A DNA stretch of 64,000 nucleotides, taken from sequence record LC494302.1; one strand, written 5' to 3'. The notes beneath the pieces were generated by a model, which was not told the DNA's origin, made no database searches, and was given only the letters and a program-made list of their open reading frames with translations. Of this stretch, positions 44,266-54,482 are shown in pieces. The position numbers were made by a program, and so were the translations under genes. The stretch's first letter is position 1. Each line of letters begins with the position of its first letter.

Positions 44266-44743
44266 TGTGAAATGTAATCTTAACGCAGTTGTTTATGCAA
44301 TCAATTGCGGTGCAGATATCCAGTACTTACAATTGCAGGAAATTGATGAACCTGAAAGGTTGAAATTCAATGATAACTGTAAAAAATTTGGCTTAGAACA
44401 ACGTATGCTGGATTATACAATTGAGCATGATAAAAATCATGAACTGTGGCGATATGATCCAGTATACGACAATATAAATCTGCGTGACTTTTTCTTACAA
44501 AAATGCACATCCGATGAAGCACGAAAACGTGTTGAGTATGAACTTGATTTATATGAATATTATAATATGACAAAGCTACTAAGATGTATGATATGGCTTG
44601 TTGATTATATGGAAGAAAATGAGATCTTTTGGGGTCTAGGTCGTGGAAGCTCTGTTGCATCATACTGTTTGTTTTTGATTGGACTACATATGGTAGATTC
44701 ATTGAAGTACGAACTTGATGTTAACGAATTTTTGAAATGGTAG
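44225..44743 (+). CDS. DnaE (C-family polymerase) N-terminal palm fragment
   Basis: RVEYELDL...WGLGRGSSVASYCLFLIGLHMVDSLKYELDVNEFL matches DnaE RLETEL...[34 protein letters not shown]. Confidence 0.85.
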   Translation: MKVQGNRFISPNGDVKCNLNAVVYAINCGADIQYLQLQEIDEPERLKFNDNCKKFGLEQRMLDYTIEHDKNHELWRYDPVYDNINLRDFFLQKCTSDEARKRVEYELDLYEYYNMTKLLRCMIWLVDYMEENEIFWGLGRGSSVASYCLFLIGLHMVDSLKYELDVNEFLKW

Positions 44744-44750
44744 AAAAACA

Positions 44751-44784
44751 TGTGATATAATGTTTATTGTAGGCTTATATCACA
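44751..44784 (+). promoter_or_regulatory. extended -10 promoter inside a 10-bp inverted repeat
   Basis: TGTGATATAA(T) 44751-44761 / TTATATCACA 44775-44784. Confidence 0.5.
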
Positions 44785-44806
44785 CATACAATAAAAGGAT
44801 TTTGAT

Positions 44807-45151
44807 ATGTCTAAACATACAACTTATCGTGGTACAACAATTGACATGGATATGCTCAAGTACCAAAATCAACATCAGGTAGCATTAGGTAATGCTAATT
44901 TAAACGCACGTGGTGATAAAATCGGTTCAGGTGGAACAATTATTAAAACTCGTGAAGAGTTGATTCAAGAAAAAGAACGAGAAATGCAAATTCCTGATTA
45001 TATCCCTGAACATCAACTTCATAGTACTGAACATGGTACGGATGAAGTATGGGATGATGAGAGTTTTGAAGTTAAGCCCGAAGAACAAGAAGCTGAGGTT
45101 TCTGAAGAGAAGAAAGCACCACGTCGAGCTAGAACCAAAGATCAGGAGTAA
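44807..45151 (+). CDS. conserved hypothetical protein
   Basis: 114 aa with NARGDKIGSGG motif; AAGGA SD. Confidence 0.75.
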   Translation: MSKHTTYRGTTIDMDMLKYQNQHQVALGNANLNARGDKIGSGGTIIKTREELIQEKEREMQIPDYIPEHQLHSTEHGTDEVWDDESFEVKPEEQEAEVSEEKKAPRRARTKDQE

Positions 45152-45159
45152 TATATTAA

Positions 45160-45486
45160 ATGACTAATAAAGTAATGACTGCATGTAAAGGTAAAGTACT
45201 GGTAACTGAACTGGAACATGGTGAACGCAAAACAGCAGGTGGTATCGTTTTAACAAACGATGACGGTAAAATTAGAGGTATTCGTTCTCGCTGGGCAAAA
45301 GTTTATTCTGTAGGCGAAGACATTACTGATATTAAAGAAGGTCAATGGATTTTAATTGATCATGGTCGATGGTCAAGAACTATTGAAGTTGATGGTATTG
45401 AATTAAACTTGGTTGATTATCCAGCCGCAGTTAGTTTAGTTTCAGATGAAGATCCACGAACTAAAATGCTAACCTTTGGTCGTTAA
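45160..45486 (+). CDS. groES: GroES-like co-chaperonin
   Basis: KVLV...ERKTAGGIVL...KVYSVGE...IKEGQWIL. Confidence 0.8.
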   Translation: MTNKVMTACKGKVLVTELEHGERKTAGGIVLTNDDGKIRGIRSRWAKVYSVGEDITDIKEGQWILIDHGRWSRTIEVDGIELNLVDYPAAVSLVSDEDPRTKMLTFGR

Positions 45487-45498
45487 TAAAATATAATT

Positions 45499-45527
45499 AA
45501 AGCTCGGATGAATATCTGGGCTTTTTA
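45499..45527 (+). terminator. terminator-like hairpin
   Basis: AAAGCTCGGAT-GAAT-ATCTGGGCTTT (two G-U pairs) then a T-run. Confidence 0.5.
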
Positions 45528-45539
45528 TTTGGACAGATT

Positions 45540-45812
45540 TTGATGATAACTGATGATGGAAAATTTAGTTTCAAGGATGTAACATTAGTATCTAAAAACG
45601 GAAGATTCATGTTTGAAGATAGAAAAAATACCAAATATGTATATGAAGTTTCACATGATATGTTTAAAGTTTTATTAGTTGCATCAGCCCAAGCTGAAAG
45701 TACTGGGATTAAAAATAAGGCAAATTCTTTTAATTTTTTATTAAATCAATTGGAAATGACAGAAGAACTTTTCACGGCTTTATTATATAATTCAGCCGAT
45801 TGGATTCTATAA
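45540..45812 (+). CDS. hypothetical protein
   Basis: 90-aa ORF in the gene run. Confidence 0.6.
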   Translation: MMITDDGKFSFKDVTLVSKNGRFMFEDRKNTKYVYEVSHDMFKVLLVASAQAESTGIKNKANSFNFLLNQLEMTEELFTALLYNSADWIL

Positions 45813-45835
45813 CACGTACACATAAGGAAATACAA

Positions 45836-46789
45836 ATGACCACACTATGGACTGAAAAATATCGCCCACAATCAATGGAAGATTATGTATCAAAAAACGA
45901 TGCACTACGCCAGAAAATGGAAGAATGGATTAAGACTGGTGACATTCCACATATTGGGTTTTTTGGCCCAGCAGGAACTGGTAAAACATCTGCGATCAAA
46001 GTACTAATTAATGGACTAGTTCAAAATGGACACCTTGATCCAAGTGATGTGACCACGCTTAACATGTCCGATGAAGGCATTGATGCTGTTCGTGACAAAA
46101 TCGATGCCGCAGCAAAGCTATCATGTTTTGGTAGATATCGTATTTTTGTTCTTGAAGAAATGGAGCAGATGAACCACAAAGCACAAGGTAGTTTGAAACG
46201 TGTAATGGAAGACTATCATGAAAATGCTCGCTTTATTTTAACAAGTAACGAACCACATAAAATTCAAAAACCTATCATTTCTCGTGTTCAAGTTATTACA
46301 ATCGAAAAGCATGATATGGAACAATTCATGACTCGAATTTATAATATTCTTCTAGCAGAAGGTGTTGATTTGAGTAGTGATGATAGTGTTGAACAAGTTC
46401 AAAAGTACATCAATGCTTCCTATCCTGATTTCCGTAAAACACTAAACGTATTGCAAAGTTCAGTTGTTGATGGTAAGCTAGTAAAACTTGAAGATAGTAT
46501 TGAAAATTCAGCAGGGTATCGTACTGCAATTGTTGAAGCATTAAAGGCAGGCAACATTCGCCAAATGCGTGAACAAATTGTACAAAATATCCCTGATGAT
46601 GAGATGGATGCATTTTTCTCTTACTTGTACAGAAATGCTGAAATGTTCAGTACTGATGAAATCACACTGATGAAGATTAAAGTTAAAATTCGTGATGCAG
46701 TTGTTAAGCAAGCAACAGTATCAGACCGTGAAATGAATCTTAGTGCTTTACTGTGTGAGATTGACCTAATTTGTTCGGGGAACATGTAA
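45836..46789 (+). CDS. 44: sliding-clamp loader AAA+ subunit (T4 gp44/RFC-like)
   Basis: WTEKYRP, GPAGTGKTS, VLEEME, FILTSNE, IISR, DFRKTLN; ATG 45836 after AAGGA. Confidence 0.92.
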   Translation: MTTLWTEKYRPQSMEDYVSKNDALRQKMEEWIKTGDIPHIGFFGPAGTGKTSAIKVLINGLVQNGHLDPSDVTTLNMSDEGIDAVRDKIDAAAKLSCFGRYRIFVLEEMEQMNHKAQGSLKRVMEDYHENARFILTSNEPHKIQKPIISRVQVITIEKHDMEQFMTRIYNILLAEGVDLSSDDSVEQVQKYINASYPDFRKTLNVLQSSVVDGKLVKLEDSIENSAGYRTAIVEALKAGNIRQMREQIVQNIPDDEMDAFFSYLYRNAEMFSTDEITLMKIKVKIRDAVVKQATVSDREMNLSALLCEIDLICSGNM

Positions 46790-47415
46790 TGAAACCACGT
46801 TGTATAGTTTTTGATTGTGATGAAGTTCTATTGGACCATATGGGTATGCTTTCTGAGTTTGTAAAACAAACTTATAATATCACACCATCAACACCATACC
46901 CATTAGAATATGATTTATCAGACTGGTTGGGTGTTCCTCAACCTGAAGTTAAAAAGATTCTTGAACAGTTCAACCAACAATCATATTTGTTTGGGTTGTT
47001 AAAGCCAGTCGAACCAAATACAGTTGATATTGTACAAGAGCTACGTGATCGTTTTCATAAAGAAAAATTCGTAGTACTCACAAAATGTGGTAAAAAAGGC
47101 TATGGTGAAGTTTTACGAAATGTAAATCTAATGCGTGAATTTGGTGAAAACTGCTTTGATGAGATTATTATCATAGAAATGAATGAATCAAAGAAAGAAG
47201 CATTAGAGGATTTACAAACACGATATGATGTAAAACTAATGATTGATGATTATATCAATAATATTGAAACTGCTATGGGTCTTGGTATTCCATCAGTTAT
47301 GATGGGATGTTCTCATAATACTATGTATAAGAATCATAGTGGTTTTGAATATATCGAAAACTGGACAGAACTTAGACTGAAAATTTATTCAGTACTAGGT
47401 AAATATTACAAATAA
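46789..47415 (+). CDS. HAD-family 5'(3')-deoxyribonucleotidase-like
   Basis: VFDCDEVLLD (DxD motif I), VLTK, MIDDYINN. Confidence 0.8.
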   Translation: MKPRCIVFDCDEVLLDHMGMLSEFVKQTYNITPSTPYPLEYDLSDWLGVPQPEVKKILEQFNQQSYLFGLLKPVEPNTVDIVQELRDRFHKEKFVVLTKCGKKGYGEVLRNVNLMREFGENCFDEIIIIEMNESKKEALEDLQTRYDVKLMIDDYINNIETAMGLGIPSVMMGCSHNTMYKNHSGFEYIENWTELRLKIYSVLGKYYK

Positions 47416-47427
47416 AACTTTTAAATT

Positions 47428-47450
47428 GGGGTTTGATTCAAACCCCTTTT
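47428..47450 (+). terminator. rho-independent terminator
   Basis: GGGGTTTG-ATT-CAAACCCC then TTTT. Confidence 0.7.
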
Positions 47451-47511
47451 GTTGTATTTTAAAAGTAGTAAATAGTATTATATGTGCTAGTTTTTAAGGA
47501 TAATATAAAAT

Positions 47512-48075
47512 ATGGACGATTTAGATTATACAGATAATGCTATTCAGCAGTTGTATGATAACAGTGGTATGTTAGATATACTTCTTGCTGTAGAGAAATA
47601 TTTCGATGATAATGATTTATATGCGTATAAAGGAATTATTGAGGGTGAGTTGGTAGAGGGGCCAATTGTAAGTAAGTATTGGTGTACTGTTACATTTAAA
47701 TACTATCGTGAAAATTTTCCCGATCCTACCGCATTCTCTATTTTAGAGAAACATGGAACTAAAGTATATGTTAAAGCTGATTATGAAATAACTCCTATTA
47801 AAGAACCAAATCGTCAAGCTGACATGAAAAGTGTAGCGACACAATCTGGCTCTGTACGTATACCAAAAAATGAAAGAATCCCAGTACTATTGGTTAGAGT
47901 GCAGATTCCACGAAACTTGATTAATCCAGAAAGTTTTGATGAATATAAACTAATGGCAGCAGAATTCAATAGTAATCCAATGAATTCTCCTGAGAATATT
48001 GAAGAACCTGTAACTGGTGATGATGTGGATTTAGATGAAGAAGTAACGGATGAGACACAAGAAGGTGGAATGTAA
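47512..48075 (+). CDS. conserved hypothetical late protein
   Basis: TAAATA 47469-47474, AAGGA SD, acidic tail. Confidence 0.7.
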   Translation: MDDLDYTDNAIQQLYDNSGMLDILLAVEKYFDDNDLYAYKGIIEGELVEGPIVSKYWCTVTFKYYRENFPDPTAFSILEKHGTKVYVKADYEITPIKEPNRQADMKSVATQSGSVRIPKNERIPVLLVRVQIPRNLINPESFDEYKLMAAEFNSNPMNSPENIEEPVTGDDVDLDEEVTDETQEGGM

Positions 48076-48755
48076 TGAAAAAGAAATTAAATGAACAAGG
48101 CTTACGTCCGCAAGTTCTCAAAGATTTGATTCATCCTATCATTAGTGTTGATGAATATACTCCTAAAATTGAAGATAGTAATATTGTTATTATGTTTCAG
48201 GTACTTAACAATTTTGATGCAGCATATGATTTATCTTCTTTTATTGAAAAATCACCTATTGATGTAGCTGATACAGAAGCAGCAGAAACACCAAATTTAG
48301 ATGGTCGATATCAAGTTTATGTTGAAATGGAACGAAATGCTGAATTCCCTGAAAAACTTTTACGTTTAATTAAAACTATTGAAAATATTTGTCCAGACCC
48401 AGGTTGGAAAATACAACTATATGGTGTTAATGACCCAATCGATGTTGATTTTGAAGAAATACAGCAGAGAATTGATTTGGGTATTCCTAGTTCAATTAGT
48501 GAGTTCCTTGATTATGCTGGTGTTTCAGTAATCAAAGAAGGAAACATGTTGACATTAAAAACAGCATATGGTAAATTACATTACAGTACTGGAAGCGGTT
48601 TTGTTTCAGAAACATATGTGAAAAAGTTATTAAAGAATGATACACAATTAGACACTTCGCGTCTTAGTTCCATACTAGGGGAAAGCTATACAGTACTACG
48701 AAGTGGTGATCAATATGTAATTGGAAGAAACGGGAAATATTTGGTGTTGCGATGA
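48075..48755 (+). CDS. conserved hypothetical late protein
   Basis: TAATG-coupled; begins MKKKLNEQGL (LNE motif). Confidence 0.7.
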   Translation: MKKKLNEQGLRPQVLKDLIHPIISVDEYTPKIEDSNIVIMFQVLNNFDAAYDLSSFIEKSPIDVADTEAAETPNLDGRYQVYVEMERNAEFPEKLLRLIKTIENICPDPGWKIQLYGVNDPIDVDFEEIQQRIDLGIPSSISEFLDYAGVSVIKEGNMLTLKTAYGKLHYSTGSGFVSETYVKKLLKNDTQLDTSRLSSILGESYTVLRSGDQYVIGRNGKYLVLR

Positions 48756-49570
48756 GAATTTTAAATATGCTTAAATCTCTTCACGAAACAACCAAATTAC
48801 ATCAGGATGAAAAGTATCGTCGCAGCCTTACTAAAGATTTAGCATGTCGTATGTATATGCGTAGATTTGAAATTTCAAGAATTGGTAAAGGCTGGGATGA
48901 TGTAAATCGTGAAGACATTGATCCAGATGCAATTTTTAAAGCATACATGGCTAGAAAAGTTTTCATAAATGAAAAAACTTTTTATATTGATAGTGATAGA
49001 GAATTAGAAAATAAATTTACAAAAGGTTTATGGAAGATATGGTGTGTTGAAGTATTCGGTGAAGTATTACCTGAGCCACCTGTTCCAGAAACTTATAAAG
49101 ATTTAAAAAGTATTTTTGATAATGAACATATACATTCAAATTTCTCATTATATGATACTGTGTCAGAAGCTGTATTTTATGGTGAGTTACATGGTCATAA
49201 CAAATACTTTGATAGTATGGTTAGTTTTGATTTGTTTTGTCACTTGCCTGGTGTATCAAGTTGGACATGTGACCAACACAGAGCAAGTAAGATTGATAAG
49301 CGAAAATTCTCGGCCCAAAGATTTATGCAAGTTGCTATGAGTATGTATAAACTTGATTATCTTGGTTGTCCAGAACCATATAAACATTTTTGGAAAGAAA
49401 GAGCACAAAAATGTTTAAACTATTGTATAATCCGTTTAATGGACACATACATTCTTAAGTTTAGAAATGCAACTGTATACGACATGCCTGAACCACCAAA
49501 GAATGAAAAATATCCACCTGTCAAGACATTTGTATGGTACAAGGATAAAAGTAACAAAAGGATGCACTAA
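48752..49570 (+). CDS. hypothetical protein
   Basis: 272-aa ORF with ATGA overlap; no motif recognised. Confidence 0.7.
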   Translation: MRILNMLKSLHETTKLHQDEKYRRSLTKDLACRMYMRRFEISRIGKGWDDVNREDIDPDAIFKAYMARKVFINEKTFYIDSDRELENKFTKGLWKIWCVEVFGEVLPEPPVPETYKDLKSIFDNEHIHSNFSLYDTVSEAVFYGELHGHNKYFDSMVSFDLFCHLPGVSSWTCDQHRASKIDKRKFSAQRFMQVAMSMYKLDYLGCPEPYKHFWKERAQKCLNYCIIRLMDTYILKFRNATVYDMPEPPKNEKYPPVKTFVWYKDKSNKRMH

Positions 49571-49588
49571 GGTGCGTCCTTTTTTCTT
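49558..49588 (+). terminator. rho-independent terminator
   Basis: AAGGATGCAC-TAAG-GTGCGTCCTT then a T-run. Confidence 0.7.
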
Positions 49589-49596
49589 TTCAGGTG

Positions 49597-49625
49597 TTGA
49601 CATGTGTAGTCGAAGTATGTACAAT
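49597..49625 (+). promoter_or_regulatory. sigma70 (early) promoter
   Basis: TTGACA-N17-TACAAT. Confidence 0.75.
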
Positions 49626-49666
49626 ATCACCATAGCGTAAATTTTAATTGATTATGAGGTTTTATA

Positions 49667-50794
49667 ATGAAAGGTAAATATTTTTTCATTGAAAATGGCA
49701 AAGAAGTTGAGATTCAAGAATTTAACTATAATTATGTACTGAACTCTTTATTGAAACAATATGACCGTTCATCAAACAAAAAATACATTTACAATGTAAT
49801 TGTACGTCGCACCTATGACTCGCTGGGTAATCCGTTATTTGATGTAAAAACTCTGTCATTAGATGAAATCTATTTTGATAATAAACGTCTGAAAGTTCTT
49901 GATTTAATGAAGGATAAAATTCATTTTAGTAATATTAGAATTGATCCTAACATGCCAGTACCGCCATTAGAGCGTGAATATCGTGAATGGAAAGACGGTC
50001 GTGCCAAACCACGTTTAGACTTGGTACAAACATCACCAGATGTACCTGCACCTATTGTTCTTAAGAAAAAACCTATCAACCCAGACGATAGCAGAATTGA
50101 TGACATTGAAAGATGGGTTGAATTCCCTAGTACTATTGAAAAGAATTCAGTAAAAGTACTAGACTGGTTTGTAAACTTACCAGTTTGTGCACAAGAAATT
50201 GGAACTAAGATTCAACAAATTTCAGAACGTCAATTGGATCTTAACTCAGCATTACAACAGCATAGTGATTATATTAGAATGCTTATGAATAACCTTACTG
50301 TTGCGTTGGAGACGTTGTTCCCATTGAAGCCGACCTTTACACAGAAATTGTTTGGTAAAACTGATATCAAAGTGCAACCATCAGATTTGCCAAAAGTGAT
50401 GAAAGCACTAAATGAAGCAGTTAAGTATGACACTAATAAGTTTAGTGGTCTTAGTACGATGTTTTCAGAACTTAGAAACGAAGTTAATGAAATCAAAAAT
50501 GAACTTGAATATGGTAAGTTGGGTTGTGAATACGCACTACGTTGTGTGGATGATGCGTTTGAATATGAATTAACATTAGAACGTATTATGAAAATGGGAA
50601 TCACCACCTCCATGACTGAAACGAGCATTATTGCAACAAGTAAGCAATATCAAGTTGATATGAATCGTATGGTAGATATTCAAACTATTACTATTCCTTT
50701 GATTATCAATCGTTTACAATCACAGACAGGTAAAGCTGTGGATGAGAGTACTGTAGAAATTATTCGTAATCTGGCATATGGTAACAAAGAGTAA
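49667..50794 (+). CDS. hypothetical protein with helical C-terminal half, possibly TelA-related
   Basis: Coiled-coil C-half with TFTQKLFG, loosely like the adjacent TelA. Confidence 0.5.
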   Translation: MKGKYFFIENGKEVEIQEFNYNYVLNSLLKQYDRSSNKKYIYNVIVRRTYDSLGNPLFDVKTLSLDEIYFDNKRLKVLDLMKDKIHFSNIRIDPNMPVPPLEREYREWKDGRAKPRLDLVQTSPDVPAPIVLKKKPINPDDSRIDDIERWVEFPSTIEKNSVKVLDWFVNLPVCAQEIGTKIQQISERQLDLNSALQQHSDYIRMLMNNLTVALETLFPLKPTFTQKLFGKTDIKVQPSDLPKVMKALNEAVKYDTNKFSGLSTMFSELRNEVNEIKNELEYGKLGCEYALRCVDDAFEYELTLERIMKMGITTSMTETSIIATSKQYQVDMNRMVDIQTITIPLIINRLQSQTGKAVDESTVEIIRNLAYGNKE

Positions 50795-50802
50795 AAAAAT
50801 AC

Positions 50803-50831
50803 TTGACTATCATACGTGCTGCCCGTATAAT
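50803..50831 (+). promoter_or_regulatory. sigma70 (early) promoter
   Basis: TTGACT-N17-TATAAT; -10 flanked by GTGCTGC/GCAGCAC. Confidence 0.75.
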
Positions 50832-50879
50832 GTTTATCACAGAGCAGCACATCATATTAAATTAAACGAGGAATACTAA

Positions 50880-52016
50880 ATGTCCGAGAAAGAAATCAAT
50901 CCTAAAAAAGCATCCACCGCAGCTAAATCAGCAAAACGCACTACTAAAACTGCGTCTAAAGGTCATACAATTGATGCAAGTGATATTTTTAACCAAACTA
51001 CAAAATCACTACCAGTACTGAAAGATGTTAAGGGAAATACTATGTCTCTAACAGTTCAAAACATCAATACTGTTGGTACAACTGCTGGTGCTGCTGTTGG
51101 GCGTTTGGCTGATGAAATTATGTCTAAAGTTAATGTAACGGATGACAATACCGAGTTTGGTAAATCAATCACCACAATTCTTACGTTGACTCGTGCAGTT
51201 GATATTGACAGTCTTCAAGAAGATAAATCAATTGTTGGTCGTATTAAGAAATTCTTTGTTAATGCTCAACAGAAAGTAGGTGATCAGTACAAAAACAGTA
51301 AAGAGCAAATTGACGAAATTATGAAAACTCTTCAAACTGGTATTAATCGCCAGCACGGAGAATGTGAATGGCTTGATAAAGCATATAATGAAAACAAAGA
51401 ATATTTGTTTGAATTACGTGATACATTAGTTGGTTTAGAAGAAGTAACTAAAACACAAGATGCATTATTATTAGAAATGCAAGCAGACAAAAATGTAGAC
51501 TCTTTTGCTATTCAAGAGCAAAAGATGATTTGTGAAGCACTTTCTAAACAAGAAGATAAGATTCGTCGTCTTATCATGATGTGCGAGCTAAGTGGTCCAC
51601 GTTTGATGAGTATGAAAAAGGTAAACTTGAACACTGTTTCTAAGTTTGAAGATTTAAAATCTGTTGTTATTCCAGCATGGAAGTCTCAATTGGCTGAACA
51701 GTTAATTTCCGAGCGTCAACGTAAGGATAATGAACTAGGCAATCTAATTGATAATGAGACAAACCGTCTTTTGGAAACTAACTCTAAAATGGTTGCAGCA
51801 AATATGTTGGACGCAGCAAAGGCAAACAACCGTGGTATTGTGGATATTAAAACCTTGCGTAATGTACATAAAACGATGATTGACAGTATTGAAGCAGTTA
51901 TTGAAGAAGAGAAAAAAGGCAAATTGGAACGTGAACGTGCTAAACAGGAAATTGCACAACTTTCCTATGAACTGGAAGACACTCTTCGTGAAATTGCCGA
52001 AAAAGCTAACAAGTAA
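50880..52016 (+). CDS. telA: TelA-family (toxic anion resistance) protein
   Basis: SIVGRIKKFF...QYKNSKEQIDEI, YNENKEY, VIPAWKSQL; long helical protein. Confidence 0.75.
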   Translation: MSEKEINPKKASTAAKSAKRTTKTASKGHTIDASDIFNQTTKSLPVLKDVKGNTMSLTVQNINTVGTTAGAAVGRLADEIMSKVNVTDDNTEFGKSITTILTLTRAVDIDSLQEDKSIVGRIKKFFVNAQQKVGDQYKNSKEQIDEIMKTLQTGINRQHGECEWLDKAYNENKEYLFELRDTLVGLEEVTKTQDALLLEMQADKNVDSFAIQEQKMICEALSKQEDKIRRLIMMCELSGPRLMSMKKVNLNTVSKFEDLKSVVIPAWKSQLAEQLISERQRKDNELGNLIDNETNRLLETNSKMVAANMLDAAKANNRGIVDIKTLRNVHKTMIDSIEAVIEEEKKGKLERERAKQEIAQLSYELEDTLREIAEKANK

Positions 52017-52019
52017 TAG

Positions 52020-52066
52020 TTGACATATGAGTGCGTTTTTAATATAATCTTATTGAAAACGCACTC
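52020..52066 (+). promoter_or_regulatory. sigma70 promoter embedded in an 11-bp inverted repeat
   Basis: TTGACA 52020-52025, N17, TATAAT 52043-52048; GAGTGCGTTTT / AAAACGCACTC. Confidence 0.75.
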
Positions 52067-52095
52067 TTTTTAATGTACAGATAAGGAACTAACTT

Positions 52096-52785
52096 ATGAA
52101 ACGTCGTCATATTAGTGTTGATATTGAAGCTCTTGGAACACCTGAACTTTCCGGTTATGATATTATTATCCCAAATTACGCAGCAGTAGTAGTTCCAAGT
52201 AAACCTGAAAATGACATTCGTCAGTTCTTATATATTAAATTACCATACCAGGATCAAGTTGCTACTGGTTTAAAATCAGACGCAGGTGCAATGGATTTTT
52301 GGATGAATACATGTCAGAAAGAATACCCTAATGCATATGCTGAAGTTGCCAGTACTATGAAACTCAAAGCACCTGAACTGTATGGACCGAATGGTCAATC
52401 ACGACGATTTTTTGCATACAGTAGTATTGTTGATTTCTGGAAAGAATTACGTTACAATGATTATGGTGAAGAAGTTCCTCATTCAGTCTGGGGTAACGGA
52501 TGTAACTTCGATTGTAGCATTTTACAAGCAAACCATTTAAAACTAATGAACGCTGGTGAGTTGTGGAAGTATGATGCACCTGAAAATGCACGCACATTGA
52601 AACGTTTATTGAATGAAGAAGCTCGTATTGAAATGGATGAAATCGTTTCGGTACAGTTGGATAAATTTATCACATATGCAAATACGTGTGGGATTAATGG
52701 GTTGGAGTTACATCATCCACTATTTGATGCAGCACGTGAAGCAATCCAGATTTCATTCTGTCTAAACAAGCTTAAAATGGATTAA
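52096..52785 (+). CDS. DEDDh 3'-5' exonuclease (RNase T/DexA-like)
   Basis: HISVDIEALG, VWGNGCNFDCSIL, HHPLFDA. Confidence 0.8.
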   Translation: MKRRHISVDIEALGTPELSGYDIIIPNYAAVVVPSKPENDIRQFLYIKLPYQDQVATGLKSDAGAMDFWMNTCQKEYPNAYAEVASTMKLKAPELYGPNGQSRRFFAYSSIVDFWKELRYNDYGEEVPHSVWGNGCNFDCSILQANHLKLMNAGELWKYDAPENARTLKRLLNEEARIEMDEIVSVQLDKFITYANTCGINGLELHHPLFDAAREAIQISFCLNKLKMD

Positions 52786-52788
52786 TAC

Positions 52789-53883
52789 ATGAATTTCATT
52801 ATTCTGTTAATACCTGCTCTTATCGTTGTATTCGTTATGAAATACATGTACGATAAGCATATCAGTACTAAAGAACTATTGATTCATATTGGTTGTTGTC
52901 TGGTTGGTGCGGCTCTTGTTCTTGGTATTTCATACGCAATCAACTATAGCCAGCTTTATGATGTTGAGATTCTGAATGGTCAAGTAACTTCAAAATACAG
53001 CCACAAAGAATATTGCACACAATCTAGTTCATGTAAGCACTATACATGGCATGAGAAGTGCCATACGCGATATGATAGTAAAGGTAAATCACATCGTGAG
53101 TGTGAATCATATAAGGTTTTTGATTACTCATATGAAGTTGATTGGTATGTGAAAAGTACAGTAGGTGAGTTTGAGATTGAACGTGTGAACCGTCAAGGTA
53201 CAATGACACCACCACGTTGGCAGCAAGTTATTATTGGTGACTATGCCGCAGCAGAGAGTTCATATATCAACTATCTATTTGCTGATAAGAACTCATTGTT
53301 TAGTCCTGAAGAACTACACAACATGTATGATGAAAAGTATCTTAGTACTATTCCAGAATACCCAAGTGTAGTTGATTATTACAAAACACATCACGTAATT
53401 AACACTACAAATTACAACGTTGATGGTTACGATGAATACCTTCGTAATGAGCTAAAAACGATGGGTGCACGAAAGCAGGTAAACATCCAAGTACTAGTTT
53501 ATGATTACAAAGATGTTGATTTTGTTGATGCTACCCTTGCATCGTGGCGTGGTGGTAAGAAGAATGATGTTATTATGTTCTTTGGTATTGACAATGATGG
53601 TAACGTTGTAAAATTTTACAGTACATCATTTGCACAAGGAATGAAGAATGAAGAGTTACATGCAAAGATGCGTATTGATGCATTAAATGAAAAATTAACT
53701 CTTGACTTACTAGTTAAAGAAGTACATAATATTGACAAACATTTTGAGAGACTCTCTAATAAAGAGTTTGAGTACTTGTCAGTAAAAATGGAACCTAGAA
53801 AAGATGTTCTTATCGGTGCTTCCATTGTGTTGTTGATTCTGTCTATTTTCATTGGCCTTTATATGAGGGATAACGATTTATGA
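52789..53883 (+). CDS. membrane protein with two N-terminal and one C-terminal TM segments and a Cys-rich periplasmic loop
   Basis: Hydrophobic termini; HKEYCTQSSSCKHY...CESY. Confidence 0.75.
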   Translation: MNFIILLIPALIVVFVMKYMYDKHISTKELLIHIGCCLVGAALVLGISYAINYSQLYDVEILNGQVTSKYSHKEYCTQSSSCKHYTWHEKCHTRYDSKGKSHRECESYKVFDYSYEVDWYVKSTVGEFEIERVNRQGTMTPPRWQQVIIGDYAAAESSYINYLFADKNSLFSPEELHNMYDEKYLSTIPEYPSVVDYYKTHHVINTTNYNVDGYDEYLRNELKTMGARKQVNIQVLVYDYKDVDFVDATLASWRGGKKNDVIMFFGIDNDGNVVKFYSTSFAQGMKNEELHAKMRIDALNEKLTLDLLVKEVHNIDKHFERLSNKEFEYLSVKMEPRKDVLIGASIVLLILSIFIGLYMRDNDL

Positions 53884-54434
53884 ATGGTAAACTCCTTGCG
53901 TTAATTGGTATTTTGGTAGTTATCGTACTAATGGTGTTTGGTTCTATTAGTATGTATGTTGGTGCACATGATCGTGCAGTTGAGTTTGAAGGAAACATTA
54001 AAAAGTATTATGATGCATCAGAAAGTCAACTTAGCAATTATACTCTTACTATTCAAGATAAGGTTCAAGTAGCCGATAAGTATAAAGATGCGTTGAAAGA
54101 AACGATTGAATCATACTTTAAAGGGCGTGAAGGTGTTGACCAGAAGTTTGTAATGTCACAGATTCAACAACAGGTTCCAAATCTTGATCCTAAAATTTAT
54201 CAGGAATTGATGGTGACAATTGAAACAGGACGTACAAAGTTCAACAATCTTCAGAAAATGAAAATTGACCAGTGTACTGATTATGCTAAGTTCCGCAAAG
54301 GCTTCTGGAATTCCAAAATTCTTGATTCGAATACGTTTCCAAGTGAAAATATTGAACACCTTTGTACAGTAGTATCTGATACACGTACCAAGAAAGCAAT
54401 GGATACTGGTATTCAAGAATCAATTAAACTATAA
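53880..54434 (+). CDS. LemA-like single-TM protein
   Basis: N-terminal TM followed by a helical domain; coupled to the previous gene. Confidence 0.5.
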   Translation: MNGKLLALIGILVVIVLMVFGSISMYVGAHDRAVEFEGNIKKYYDASESQLSNYTLTIQDKVQVADKYKDALKETIESYFKGREGVDQKFVMSQIQQQVPNLDPKIYQELMVTIETGRTKFNNLQKMKIDQCTDYAKFRKGFWNSKILDSNTFPSENIEHLCTVVSDTRTKKAMDTGIQESIKL

Positions 54435-54443
54435 TTAAATGTT

Positions 54444-54468
54444 GGGAGTACTTTGTACTCCCCCTTTT
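54444..54468 (+). terminator. rho-independent terminator
   Basis: GGGAGTAC-TTT-GTACTCCC then CCTTTT. Confidence 0.7.
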
Positions 54469-54482
54469 CTATGGGGTGTACT

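Noticed and set aside
48752-49570. Possible homing endonuclease
   Set aside because: No HNH, GIY-YIG or LAGLIDADG motif could be identified.
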